A stretch of DNA of 64,000 bases from contig OZ220733.1 in NCBI GenBank assembly GCA_965116875.1, positions 896,001 to 960,000 of the forward strand, written 5' to 3'. Below the pieces are notes generated by a model. It did not search any database, had not been told where the DNA came from, and saw only the letters and a list, made by a program, of their open reading frames with translations. Position 1 is the stretch's first letter, and every line of letters starts with the position of its first letter. The translations under genes were made by a program, and so were the position numbers. Positions 1-9,635 of the stretch are shown one piece after another. The DNA comes from Candidatus Latescibacterota bacterium (lineage in GTDB: Bacteria > Latescibacterota > UBA2968 > GCA-2709665).

Positions 1-163
1 CCTCGAACTGGCTCAGCCTGCTGCCCGTGATCTGCTGGTTCATCAGCCGTTCGATGTTGAAGAAGTCGCCCGGCGCGGCGTGCATCAGGTAGAACGTGAT
101 GATCAGAATCGCGATCAGGCTCACGAAGATCTGACCGACCCGGCGGAAGAAGAACATGACCAT
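1..163 (-). CDS. ABC peptide transporter permease (OppB/DppB-like), 5' part, runs off window
   Basis: Manual translation MVMFFFRRVGQIFVSLIAILIITFYLMHAAPGDFF, typical OppB N-terminus; GGAG RBS upstream; follows the substrate-binding protein gene. Confidence 0.8.
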   Translation of the reverse strand, partial: MVMFFFRRVGQIFVSLIAILIITFYLMHAAPGDFFNIERLMNQQITGSRLSQFE

Positions 164-193
164 GACGATTCTCCGTATCGGGACCGCTCCCGT

Positions 194-2155
194 TTACAGT
201 TGCTGACCCCTGTCATCGATATCGATCCATTTCAGATACATGGGATTGGCCCACCAGTAGGCGCAGAACTTCAATCCCTGCACGTAGGGCTTGACCAGAG
301 CGGTGGCATTGGCGACGTGGAGCGGAAAATCCCAGCTGAATGCCTGGACCAGACGGTGTACTTCGCGGTTGATCTCAGCCTGGCGGGACGGGCTCCGCGC
401 GTGATGCGCTTCCTGACGCATTTCCTCCAGACGCCAGCGAAGGTCGCTGGTGTTCGACCACTGGAAATGGTATTGGCGGGCCTGGAGCAGCGTGACGTTG
501 AGCGCCTTCCAGCACCATTCCAGGTCCGCATCCGGCGCGCCCGCCGTCCGCATGATCTCGTCCGCGGTCTGCCGCCAGCCGCTCATCACCTCCTCCGCCT
601 GCCCGCGCAGGTGCGGTCCGTGCCTTCCGTTCGCAAAGAGCGACATTACCGAGTCCGCGTACGCCCCGATTCGCAGGTGGACCGGTTCGAAATCGGAGAG
701 GCGCTCCCCCCCCTTGAGTTTGACCATGCCCGAGCGGACCTGCAGGATGCGCCGCTGCCCCTCCCACCAGGCCCCGTAGACGCCGGGATCGTTCGTCCAC
801 TGGACGTTTTCAATCCATTGCGTGCCGTAGATGGGATTCGGCCACGGCGCCCCCGAGGCCGCAAAGCAGAACCCCGCATAATCCGATGGATTCAGGGACA
901 CCCGCTTGTCGGCGTACACCCCCAGTTCCTGATTGTCGATCCGGAACCGGATGCCCAGATTCTCTTCCAGCATGGTGGCGATCACCACGAACTGCGACAC
1001 CATCTCGGGCGCCAGGTACGACGGGATCAGAATCACCGACTCGGGAATGCCCTTTCCACCCGGATACCCCGCTTCGGACAGCAGTCGCCGGGCTTCTTCG
1101 AGGTCGAATCTCATCCCGAATCCGGGATCCCAATCCGGCATCGCGGGCGTGGAAAGCATATGCATGGGCGTCTCCCGCCCGAGAAAGATCGACTCCACGA
1201 TCCGGCGCTTGTCGAAACCGAGGGCAATCGCGCGCCGAACGCGGGCGTCCCAGTAGACCGGGTGCTTCGAGAACAGGAATTTTACAAAGGAGAGCCCGCT
1301 CGTGGGCGTCAGGACCAGCTCGTCGCTCAGATCGGGATGGTGTCTGGCGTAATGGATATCGGCGATCGACGGCAGCAGCGCGAAGTCGATCTCACCGCTC
1401 TGATAGCCTTCCAGCGGTCTGCCCGCGAAGCGGCTGTGTATCCGCTCCAGATTGCCGCGGGGCAGATTGTACTGCGGATTCTGCTCCAGGACGATATGGG
1501 AATTGAGTTCCCACTCCACGATCCGGTACGGTCCGTTCCCCTGGTAGTTGGGCAACTTGTGCCACGCGTCTCCGTACTCTTCAAGTGATCCGCGGTGAAT
1601 CGGAAACATGCTTCCCGTCACCATCGCGTTCATGAAGGCGGGATACGGCCTCGCCAGGCGGAATCGCAGCGTGAAGTCGTCCGGCACGTCCACACCCACC
1701 TCGTCCTCCCGCGCCGCGCCGTTTCTGAAATCCATCGCCTTGACCACGTACTGCAGCGGCGTGTCCCAGAGCCACTTGCTTTCGCGCCCCGGTTCCATCT
1801 GATAGATGAAGGCGGACCTGTAGTCCCGCGCCGTTACCGTCGTCCCGTCGTACCAGCGGTTGTCCCGCCGCAGAAAGAACGTAAACGTCAGCCTGTCTTC
1901 GGAGATTTCCCACCGTTCGGCCTGCGCCGGAATCAACCCGCCTTCCGGACCCAGTTGGACCAGGCCCTCTTTCGTGCCGAGCGTAATCTGGGCGTACATC
2001 CCCCCCGTATACAGATAGCTGTTCAACGTACTCACGGGCGGTCCGATGTACCGGATCTCCCTGGGTCGGCCGGCATGCGCCGGTGTACCCAGGAGCGTTA
2101 CGGCAAGAATTGCGAACATGACGCCCGTTCGCCAATCTGTGCTCCGGAGAATCAT
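194..2155 (-). CDS. ABC transporter peptide substrate-binding protein (family 5, OppA-like)
   Basis: Signal peptide; AERWEISEDRLTFTFFLR, GNGPYRIVEW, DARVRRAIALGFDK, FDLEEARRLLSEAGYPGG motifs. Confidence 0.9.
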   Translation of the reverse strand: MILRSTDWRTGVMFAILAVTLLGTPAHAGRPREIRYIGPPVSTLNSYLYTGGMYAQITLGTKEGLVQLGPEGGLIPAQAERWEISEDRLTFTFFLRRDNRWYDGTTVTARDYRSAFIYQMEPGRESKWLWDTPLQYVVKAMDFRNGAAREDEVGVDVPDDFTLRFRLARPYPAFMNAMVTGSMFPIHRGSLEEYGDAWHKLPNYQGNGPYRIVEWELNSHIVLEQNPQYNLPRGNLERIHSRFAGRPLEGYQSGEIDFALLPSIADIHYARHHPDLSDELVLTPTSGLSFVKFLFSKHPVYWDARVRRAIALGFDKRRIVESIFLGRETPMHMLSTPAMPDWDPGFGMRFDLEEARRLLSEAGYPGGKGIPESVILIPSYLAPEMVSQFVVIATMLEENLGIRFRIDNQELGVYADKRVSLNPSDYAGFCFAASGAPWPNPIYGTQWIENVQWTNDPGVYGAWWEGQRRILQVRSGMVKLKGGERLSDFEPVHLRIGAYADSVMSLFANGRHGPHLRGQAEEVMSGWRQTADEIMRTAGAPDADLEWCWKALNVTLLQARQYHFQWSNTSDLRWRLEEMRQEAHHARSPSRQAEINREVHRLVQAFSWDFPLHVANATALVKPYVQGLKFCAYWWANPMYLKWIDIDDRGQQL

Positions 2156-3873
2156 GGACCCGCTTCCCCTTCCTCAATGACGATCTCCCGATCGGCTGAT
2201 GTGCTCCCCATGTGCTCCATCGCGCCGCCGGGCCATCGGACCGTGACGGAATCAGCCGCTTCGTGCCGGCCGAGTCCGAAGTGAAGACGGAAGTCGTTCT
2301 GCGACAGATAGCTTGATCCGCTTTGCACCTCGCGGACCTGCCGCCGTCCGCCGGCCCATACCGTCACGCTGGCGCCGATGCCGTTGCGGTTGGACCGGCG
2401 TACCGCGCTGCCGGCATTCTTCCGATGCTCCCGTGCGGCGCCGACCAGTTTGATCCTCAGCCAGCGGTTCCCGTTGCCGACCTCGTTTCTCAGGAGACGC
2501 GCTTCGCCGTTCACCGCCAGTACGAACACGTCCACGTCGCCGTCATTGTCGTAGTCCCCGAAGGCGGCGCCCCGGGCCGGGACCGGTGCGGTCAGGTCGT
2601 CCTTCACTTCGCGCGTGACGTCGACGAACCGGCCGTCGCCCCTGTTTCGCATCAGGATGGCCGGCTGCCGGTAGACACTCCCCACCCGGTCGGCGTTATC
2701 GAGCACGTGGCCGTGCACCATCAGAAGATCGGTCCAGCCATCGTTGTCGTAGTCCAGAAATCCCGTTCCCCACCCAACGTGGGGCATCGTGGGGATCCTG
2801 ACCCCCGAGGTCGAGGAGACGTCCGTGAAAAGCGCGCCGCCCTCGTTACGGTAGAGCCCGGCGCCCTCCAGCCTGAAATTGGTAACGGCAAGGTCCAGCC
2901 GGCCGTCCCGGTTGAAATCGCCGAAGTCCGCGCCCATACTGGACTGAAGCTCGCCGGACCCGTTGTAGGCCACGCCCGACAGAAGGCCCTTCTCCACAAA
3001 ACGCCCGTCGCCCTGATTCAGATAGAGAAAATTGGGCGTCATATCGTTGGCCACGAAGACGTCCACCCACCCATTGCCGTCGACGTCGGCGCAGGCCATC
3101 CCCATCCCCTTGCCGCCGGGATTGAAGACGCCCGCCCGCTCCGTCACGTCGGTAAAGGTCCCGTCGCCATTGTTGCGATACAGGCGGTCGGCAGCCCCCT
3201 TGAAGTTGTCGGGGTGCGGATAGAACCTGCCCTCCTCCGAGAGACCTGTGGACCGTGCAACGTAGGGCCTCAGTCGCGTCTTTGGGGTGGCGGTGGAGTA
3301 GTCGACGTAGTTGGCCACGTAGACGTCCAGGAATCCATCCGCGTCGTAGTCCAGGAAGGCGCACCCCACGCTCCACGCGGCATCGCCGGCCACGCCGGCC
3401 TCGGCCGCAACGTTCCGGAACGTCCCGTCGCCGTTGTTCCGGAACAGGCTGTTGGGCCCGTAACACGTCACGTACAGGTCGTCGTGACCGTCGTTGTCGA
3501 AGTCTCCGGCGCAGACGCCCATGCCGTAGGCCGTTTCACCCACGCCCGCGAACCGCGTGACGTCCGAGAAGCGACCCCCGCCGGCGTTCCGGTACAGCCG
3601 GTTTTTCGGGGGAGCTCCGGCATAGCCGGGCAACGTCCCTCCGTTGACGGCGAATACGTCCAGCCGGCCGTCGCTGTTGTAGTCCAGAAACGCGACCCCG
3701 GACCCCATCGTCTCCACGAAGTACTTTCTGCCGGTGCCGCCGTGGACGTGCCGGAAGTCAATGCCCGATGACGCCGTCACGTCGACGAACCGGGGCGAGT
3801 CCGCGTACAGAGACCCGCCATAAAAATTCAGAAGGAAGAAGAAAAAGGGAAGAAGGGTGGACATCTTTCCCAT
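2152..3873 (-). CDS. CRTAC1 family protein (FG-GAP repeats + ASPIC/UnbV domain)
   Basis: Repeated DYDNDGxxD motifs; C-terminal SGSSYLSQNDFRLHFGLG and VRWPGG; start at 3873 (or 3864) preferred over ORF-track 3993. Confidence 0.9.
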   Translation of the reverse strand: MGKMSTLLPFFFFLLNFYGGSLYADSPRFVDVTASSGIDFRHVHGGTGRKYFVETMGSGVAFLDYNSDGRLDVFAVNGGTLPGYAGAPPKNRLYRNAGGGRFSDVTRFAGVGETAYGMGVCAGDFDNDGHDDLYVTCYGPNSLFRNNGDGTFRNVAAEAGVAGDAAWSVGCAFLDYDADGFLDVYVANYVDYSTATPKTRLRPYVARSTGLSEEGRFYPHPDNFKGAADRLYRNNGDGTFTDVTERAGVFNPGGKGMGMACADVDGNGWVDVFVANDMTPNFLYLNQGDGRFVEKGLLSGVAYNGSGELQSSMGADFGDFNRDGRLDLAVTNFRLEGAGLYRNEGGALFTDVSSTSGVRIPTMPHVGWGTGFLDYDNDGWTDLLMVHGHVLDNADRVGSVYRQPAILMRNRGDGRFVDVTREVKDDLTAPVPARGAAFGDYDNDGDVDVFVLAVNGEARLLRNEVGNGNRWLRIKLVGAAREHRKNAGSAVRRSNRNGIGASVTVWAGGRRQVREVQSGSSYLSQNDFRLHFGLGRHEAADSVTVRWPGGAMEHMGSTSADREIVIEEGEAGP

Positions 3874-3919
3874 ATAACACCCTCGAAGCCGGACTCTCGC
3901 TAACGATTTAACAGAACGA

Positions 3920-4500
3920 GACCTACCCCCTGGCCCCCATCTTGAAGGAAAAAGGAAGAAGGAAAAAGTAGCGGTAACTTTGACGTCTGTCACTTCTGCA
4001 ATCGGACTCTCGCAAGAATCGAATGGAAGCGGATTGCTGAGGAGAGCGGAAAACCGGCGGCGTTTCCTTGAAACTCAGAGTGTCTATGGATGACCGGCAC
4101 GCGACGTGTGCCTTTCCTCCCTCTCTCCCGGACCTACCCCCTAACCCCCTTCCTGAAGGAAGGGGGGACGTTGATGGGTTGATTTACAGGCTTTGTGATG
4201 TGCCGGATAGCGATTACCTTTCAATCGGAGTGTCTATCAATGACCGGCACGCGACGAGTGCCTTTCTCCCTCTTTCCTTTAGGAGAGAGGGTCGGGGAGA
4301 GAGGTCGCGAAAGAGTGGGGAGACGGGAGAGGGGAGACGGTAGAAGAAGCCCTTGCCGATTTGTTCCTCCGACTTGCCTGCGGCATGAAAAGAAGCCCTT
4401 TACGGCATGCGACCTCTCCCGTCTCCCGGCTTACGTCTACCCGCTCTCAGGCTTTTCCTTCTTCCTTTTTCCTTTTTCCTTTTTCCTTCTTCCTTCTTCC
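3920..4500. repeat. Composite intergenic repeat element, copy 1 (core 3966-4307 matches 46970-47310 inverted)
   Basis: Near-identical inverted copy; bounded by GGAAGAA/GGAAAAA heptamer arrays in opposite orientation; internal direct repeat AGTGTCTATnnATGACCGGCACGCGACG at ~4079 and ~4229. Confidence 0.9.
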
Positions 4501-4510
4501 CTTGTTTCTC

Positions 4511-5644
4511 TTATTTGCTGTTGAGCAGCGTATGGACCGCCCGTTTGAACACGTGGATCGCGCGTCTCGCGGCGCCGTGCGGACCCGCCGTGGCGACGTT
4601 GATTTCATAGAATACGCTGGGGATGCCAAGCCTCCGGGCCATCTGATAGCACATGGTATTCTCACGATGCACGTTGGCCCTGCCGTGCGTGGACATGCCG
4701 TCGGTCTCCAGGCGCATCGTATCGCAAAGGGCCTGGTACAGCCGGGCTGCTTCGGCATTCTCAAAGACCGGATCGACCACCTCGTACCACCCGTCGTACG
4801 GGTATTCTCCATTTTCCCGCCAGCCCACGAACGCGTGGATATTCACCCACAGCGCCGGCCGGTCCTTTACGAGCTTGTCCCATAGCAAACGACTCTCGTG
4901 AGCTTCGGGCGCCTCCGCTTCCGGATCTTCGCCGAATGCCCGGTACATGTCCAACCCTTCGGCGTTGAACGCGTTCCTGCCCATCACGTTGCCATCGGGA
5001 TTGACCACCGGCACCACCTCCACCTGGGTCTGCTCCCGAAGGGTGACGGCATCCGGCACAAGCGAGGTGACGAAATCCGCAATGCCCAGCATTCCCCACG
5101 TGCCTGTAAATTCGATTGCGTGTTGTCCGGCCACGCACAGGATCCGGGGCTTGCCGGGCGCGCCTGTCCGGATGCCGGTGATTTCGCGGCCCTGTACCGA
5201 TGCGTCGATGGTGAACGCCTCGCAGCGGTCCCCGCGTTCATCCGCCAGCCTTCGCATCGCGTCCTGCGTATCGCTATAGGGCGCGGGCCATGCGTTCGTT
5301 ACCCGAATCGTCTCGTTCGCGTTCAGATTCAGGCGGATCAGCAGCGGTTCCTCCGAATTCCGGACCCGTTCGCGGTCGAGCGGCTTGAATCGGCCCTCCG
5401 TACCGGATGAGACCCACACCGTGGTCGGCAGGCTGACCACGAATCCCTCCGGGCCGAATCGCGAGTCCGGCCACACTTCAACGGTCACAAACGATGCGGG
5501 ACCTTCATTCCGGACGTCGAAACAGAAGTAGTAACAGTACGTGGGCTTGTCTCCGATGACCTCGAGCCGGAACCGGTCGATCGCGATCTGCCGGATCTGC
5601 TTCGCGTTTCCACATTCGAAATCAGCGGTGATTGATATCATCAC
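4511..5644 (-). CDS. M14 family zinc carboxypeptidase-like protein
   Basis: ADFECGN N-terminus, GQHAIE (HxxE), VNPDG, NIH zinc ligand; GGAG RBS before GTG 5644 / ATG 5641. Confidence 0.8.
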   Translation of the reverse strand: MMISITADFECGNAKQIRQIAIDRFRLEVIGDKPTYCYYFCFDVRNEGPASFVTVEVWPDSRFGPEGFVVSLPTTVWVSSGTEGRFKPLDRERVRNSEEPLLIRLNLNANETIRVTNAWPAPYSDTQDAMRRLADERGDRCEAFTIDASVQGREITGIRTGAPGKPRILCVAGQHAIEFTGTWGMLGIADFVTSLVPDAVTLREQTQVEVVPVVNPDGNVMGRNAFNAEGLDMYRAFGEDPEAEAPEAHESRLLWDKLVKDRPALWVNIHAFVGWRENGEYPYDGWYEVVDPVFENAEAARLYQALCDTMRLETDGMSTHGRANVHRENTMCYQMARRLGIPSVFYEINVATAGPHGAARRAIHVFKRAVHTLLNSK

Positions 5645-5695
5645 GATTCTCCCCGGGATGCGCGTGGACGACGTACGCACACGCCACCGACCTGA

Positions 5696-6823
5696 TCAAT
5701 AGTACCCGGTTCCCGCGGGCGGCCGGGCGTACGCCACCTCGATCCGACCGGGAACGCCTTTGCGGTTCATCGAATTCACGCCCCTGCATGCCAGCGACTG
5801 GACTCCCTCCCGCATCGGCCAGTCGAATTGCTCGCCACACGGCTCCCAGGCCCCGTCGTCGAAGCGGATTTCGTAGTGGTCGAAGAACGGCATGCAATGT
5901 GAGAGCGTTACCGCCAGCCTGGCGCCCTCCTCGTCCCACGAGGGCCGGGTGGAAATGCGCACCAGATTCACGGTCCAGTACATGTCCGGGAGACTGGAGG
6001 TCCACTGAATGGGGCCAAGCGGTCTGAAATTGCTCACGAACGTGGGCAGGCAGCGGCGGTCCACCCACTCCAGGGTGAGGCGATCCGTCAGGACACGGAC
6101 CCGGGCATAGTAGTCCATCACCCGGTTTCGCAGGAACCTGGCGAACAACTGCCGGTTGACGTCCTCGTCATAGTCTTCCCGGCACGTGGGATCCCGGAGC
6201 GCGAGCCGGACGTGCCTGGCGTCGGGAATGACAAATTCCGGCTGGTCCTGCACCATTTCCACCTCATCCGCGGCGCCGTCCAGCCACGCCTCCCGGATCT
6301 CCAGCGCATTCAACGGCATACCGTCCCGTTCGTAGTGGACGTTGACGTCCGGATCCATCATCACCCACTTCCGGTGTTCGTTGGACCAGACCTCCGCGAC
6401 CGCGTGTCCGACGTTCCACATCGCGTAGTCCCGGGGCGCCTCGCAATCTTCAATGGAGACCGCCGCCCTCCGCGCCGGCCAGCCCAGGGCGGTTGCCGCA
6501 TCCACGTAAAGCCGTGCGTAGGAACCACAGAAGAACCGTTCCCCCCTGCTCACGGCTTCCAGGATTCCCAGGCCGTCGTCGACTTCCGGACGGTTGTACC
6601 AGAGCCCGTGGTCCCACTGTTTGCGGACCCATCGCTTCAGGGCCAGAAACCCCTCGAATTCCGTCTTGCAGCCCGCCACGACGTCCTCCAGCCCGTATTC
6701 TTCCCTGAGGCGCGCAATTCTCGGCGCATGCGGATCCCCGTAATCGTGGCAGGTATAATCCCCGCTGAAGTCAGGTACGTCATAGGCGACGACGCGGAAC
6801 TCTCCAGGACAGCTCTGGCTCAT
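5696..6823 (-). CDS. Transglutaminase-like domain protein
   Basis: FCGSYA (Cys), GHAVAEVWS (His), MMDPD (Asp) triad. Confidence 0.75.
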   Translation of the reverse strand: MSQSCPGEFRVVAYDVPDFSGDYTCHDYGDPHAPRIARLREEYGLEDVVAGCKTEFEGFLALKRWVRKQWDHGLWYNRPEVDDGLGILEAVSRGERFFCGSYARLYVDAATALGWPARRAAVSIEDCEAPRDYAMWNVGHAVAEVWSNEHRKWVMMDPDVNVHYERDGMPLNALEIREAWLDGAADEVEMVQDQPEFVIPDARHVRLALRDPTCREDYDEDVNRQLFARFLRNRVMDYYARVRVLTDRLTLEWVDRRCLPTFVSNFRPLGPIQWTSSLPDMYWTVNLVRISTRPSWDEEGARLAVTLSHCMPFFDHYEIRFDDGAWEPCGEQFDWPMREGVQSLACRGVNSMNRKGVPGRIEVAYARPPAGTGYY

Positions 6824-6839
6824 TTTGTTCTCCCGCGGG

Positions 6840-7754
6840 TCACCCGGTTCGTACCGGTTTTCCCAGCGCCTCGGCCATCGCGCGGATGTGCGACGGACCC
6901 GCGCCGCAGCAGCACCCCACGAAGTTGATCCCTTCCGCCCTCGCCTTCAGCGCGAACGCCGCCATATCGTCGGGCGTGACGCCATTGCGGTGACGGTGGA
7001 CGGCGTAGCCGACGTCTTCGGTATCCGTCATTTGCCTGAATCCCTTCGGCTGGCATGCGATCGGCACGTCCACCGCTTCCCGCATCTCGAGCGCCGTCGG
7101 CAGCATCTGGTCCGGGTCCCCGATGCAGACGGTCCCCACGATATCCGCGCCGTCGTCCGCGAGGACGCGGGCGCACTCCGCCGCGGTGGCGCCGTCCTGT
7201 GTCTGCTTGTCGCTGCCGATGCCCACGAGCGCCATCGTTGGCAGGCCGGTCTTCTTGCAGCTTTCCACGCACAGCCGCATCTCGTCCAGACGGAAGAACG
7301 TCTCCGGAATCAGGAAGTCGGCGCCGGCGTCGACGAGAATCGCGATCTGCTCTTCCCATTCGGCCTGCGCGCGGGCGTGCGACGAAGGATCCTCCGGATT
7401 GTAGACCCGGTCTCCCAGCCGGGAGCCGGTCATCGTGGAGACGAGACATCCGCCTACCGGCGCCTCCCAACCGGACGCCTCCTTCGCGGCGCGAATCCCG
7501 GTCCGGTTGATCTCGTCCACACGGTCTCCCCACCCGTATTTCTCCTCCAGCTGAGCGCCCGAGGTAAACCACGTCAACGCCTGGAGCACCTCGGCGCCCG
7601 AATTGAAGAAGTCCCGGTGGATCTGCTCGAGCGCCTGGGGGTGGGACCCGATGATACCGGGCACATCGTACCCGCGCCAGTTCGCCTCCAGGTACATCCC
7701 GCCGTCTCCCAGTACAGTCCCTTTTTTGAGCATTTCCATAAGATTCCCGGCCAT
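6840..7754 (-). CDS. Homocysteine S-methyltransferase family protein (copy 1)
   Basis: LGDGG start, ETF, TVC and GCCCG zinc-binding motifs; 304 aa from 7754. Confidence 0.85.
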   Translation of the reverse strand: MAGNLMEMLKKGTVLGDGGMYLEANWRGYDVPGIIGSHPQALEQIHRDFFNSGAEVLQALTWFTSGAQLEEKYGWGDRVDEINRTGIRAAKEASGWEAPVGGCLVSTMTGSRLGDRVYNPEDPSSHARAQAEWEEQIAILVDAGADFLIPETFFRLDEMRLCVESCKKTGLPTMALVGIGSDKQTQDGATAAECARVLADDGADIVGTVCIGDPDQMLPTALEMREAVDVPIACQPKGFRQMTDTEDVGYAVHRHRNGVTPDDMAAFALKARAEGINFVGCCCGAGPSHIRAMAEALGKPVRTG

Positions 7755-7809
7755 ATCAAGATTCTCCAATGTAGTTACGATACTTAATACGGAAGGCGTA
7801 TGAAGTGTT

Positions 7810-8177
7810 GGTTACGCCGGTGGTCGGGCGCCCACAAGGGACGCCCCTACACAGCCAAACGCCTATGAATTGAGCTTTTTGGGTTTCGCGCCGATGTTGC
7901 ATTTGTAGGGGCAACCCTTGTGGTTGCCCAAACGATGGCGCTGACAACCGTGACCTGATTTCGCCTGGCCGTATCGTACACCGGGTTTAGCTGAATGCTG
8001 ACCGCTGATGGCTGACACGGTAGAGGTAACGCCGATGGCCGGGCGCCCACAAGGGACGCCCCTACAATACCAGACGTCAACGAATTGAACTTTTCGGGTT
8101 CCGCGCCGATGTTGCATTCGTAGGGGCGTCCCTTGTGGGCGCCCAAAAAATGGCGTTGGTAACCGTGAATTGATTTT
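7810..8177. repeat. REP/REPIN-like cluster: four GTAGGGGC palindromes in a 215-bp tandem duplication
   Basis: GGGCGCCCACAAGGGACGCCCCTAC at 7826 and 8041, inverted versions at 7905 and 8120. Confidence 0.85.
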
Positions 8178-8199
8178 GCAAGGCCCGTCTGTTAACCTG

Positions 8200-8298
8200 T
8201 CCCGAGGCAATCTCCCGGGTATACTCCGCGCCGTTCTCCAGCACGTACGCCAGGGGTTGGGCGCAGACGGGTACGGACACGGCGTCCATCTGGCTCAT
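8200..8298 (-). pseudogene. Chimeric remnant: MSQ start fused to an internal fragment of an Hcy methyltransferase copy-3 paralog
   Basis: MDAVSVPVCAQPLAYVLENGAEYTREIASG matches 29/30 aa encoded at 9831-9920. Confidence 0.8.
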
Positions 8299-8314
8299 GA
8301 GGTCCTCCCGCGAT

Positions 8315-9229
8315 TCACCCGGTTCGCACCGGCTTCCCCAGCGCCTCGGCCATCGCACGGATATGGGATGGACCGGCGCCGCAGCAGCAACCCACGAAGT
8401 TGATCCCTTCCGACCTCGCCTTCAGCGCAAACGCCCCCATATCGTCAGGCGTGACACCGTTGCGATGCCGGCGGACGGCATAGCCGACGTCTTCGGTATC
8501 CGCCATTTGCCTGAATCCCTTCGGCTGGCAGGCGATCGGTACATCCACCGCTTCCCGCATCTCGAGCGCCGTCGGCAGCATCTGGTCCGGGTCGCCGATG
8601 CAGACGGTCCCCACGATATCCGCGCCGTCGTCCACGAGGGCACGGGCGCATTCCGCCGCGGTTGCGCCGTCCTTTGTCTCCTTGTAGCTGCCGATGCCCA
8701 CAAGCGCCATCGTCGGCAGGCCGGTCTTCTTGCAGCTTTCCACGCACAGGCGCATCTCGTCCAGACGGGAAAACGTCTCCGGGATCAGGAAGTCCGCGCC
8801 GGCGTCGACGAGAATCGCGATCTGCTCTTCCCATTCGGCCTGCGCGCGGGCGCCCGACGATGGATCCTCCGGATTGTAAACCCGGTCTCCCAGTCGGGAA
8901 CCCTTCATCGTGGTTACGAGACAGCCGCCTACCGGCGCCTCCCAGTCCGATCCCTCCTTGGCCGCCCGAATCCCGGTCCTGTTGATCTCGTCCACACGGT
9001 CACCCCATCCGTATTTCTTCTCCAGTTGGGCACCGGAGGTAAACCACGTCAGCGCCTGGAGCACCTCCGAACCCGAATTGTAGAAGTCCCGATGGATCTG
9101 CTGAAGCGCATCCGGGTTTGAGCCGATGATGCCGGGCACATCGTACCCGCGCCAGTTCGCCTCCAGGAACATCCCACCGTCTCCCAGGACGATCCCCTCG
9201 TTAAACATCTCCATCAATTTCCGCGCCAT
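8315..9229 (-). CDS. Homocysteine S-methyltransferase family protein (copy 2)
   Basis: 304 aa, about 91% identical to copy 1 by hand alignment (28 differences). Confidence 0.85.
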   Translation of the reverse strand: MARKLMEMFNEGIVLGDGGMFLEANWRGYDVPGIIGSNPDALQQIHRDFYNSGSEVLQALTWFTSGAQLEKKYGWGDRVDEINRTGIRAAKEGSDWEAPVGGCLVTTMKGSRLGDRVYNPEDPSSGARAQAEWEEQIAILVDAGADFLIPETFSRLDEMRLCVESCKKTGLPTMALVGIGSYKETKDGATAAECARALVDDGADIVGTVCIGDPDQMLPTALEMREAVDVPIACQPKGFRQMADTEDVGYAVRRHRNGVTPDDMGAFALKARSEGINFVGCCCGAGPSHIRAMAEALGKPVRTG

Positions 9230-9295
9230 ATCTCGATTCTCCCATCAACAGAAGCGGAATTGCGCCACCCCCAAAGTTCCCCAATCCCTTGATGT

Positions 9296-9632
9296 GGGTA
9301 GAGGTGAGAGGGTAGACGGTAGATGAAACCCTTGCCCGGTATGTCTTTCCTCATTGCCTTCGGCACGGAAAGAGTCCTCACGAGGCAGGCAATCTCTCCC
9401 CTCTCCCGGCTTACGTCTACCCGCTTTTGAGGGGCCGGGGGGAGAGGTCGCCTTAATGCGGTGAGACGGGAGAAGAAGCCCTTGCCGATTAGTCCCTCCG
9501 ACTTGCCTGCGGCATGAGAAGAAACCTCACGGGGCAGCCAATATCTACCCTCTCACGTCTCCCCTCTCACCCGGTGGTCGGGCGGCCGGGTGAAGTGTGG
9601 TCTTCTACCGTCTCACGTCTCCCCTCTTCCCG
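9296..9632. repeat. Two copies of the heptamer-bounded family-B intergenic element
   Basis: GGGAGAC/GGTAGAC arrays, core AAGAAGCCCTTGCCGATT..CTCCGACTTGCCTGCGGCATG, inverted GTCTCCC arrays. Confidence 0.85.
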
Positions 9633-9635
9633 CCT

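Noticed and set aside
80-1588. 502-aa plus-strand ORF; likewise 2323-3771, 10805-12562, 30869-32800, 33131-34588, 37973-39655 and 47488-49014
   Set aside because: Antisense shadows of well-supported genes in GC-rich DNA; no recognisable motifs.
4068-4885. Small ORFs across repeat regions (also 7756-8210, 12804-13100, 16121-16710)
   Set aside because: Low-complexity translations of repeat DNA with no RBS or family motif.
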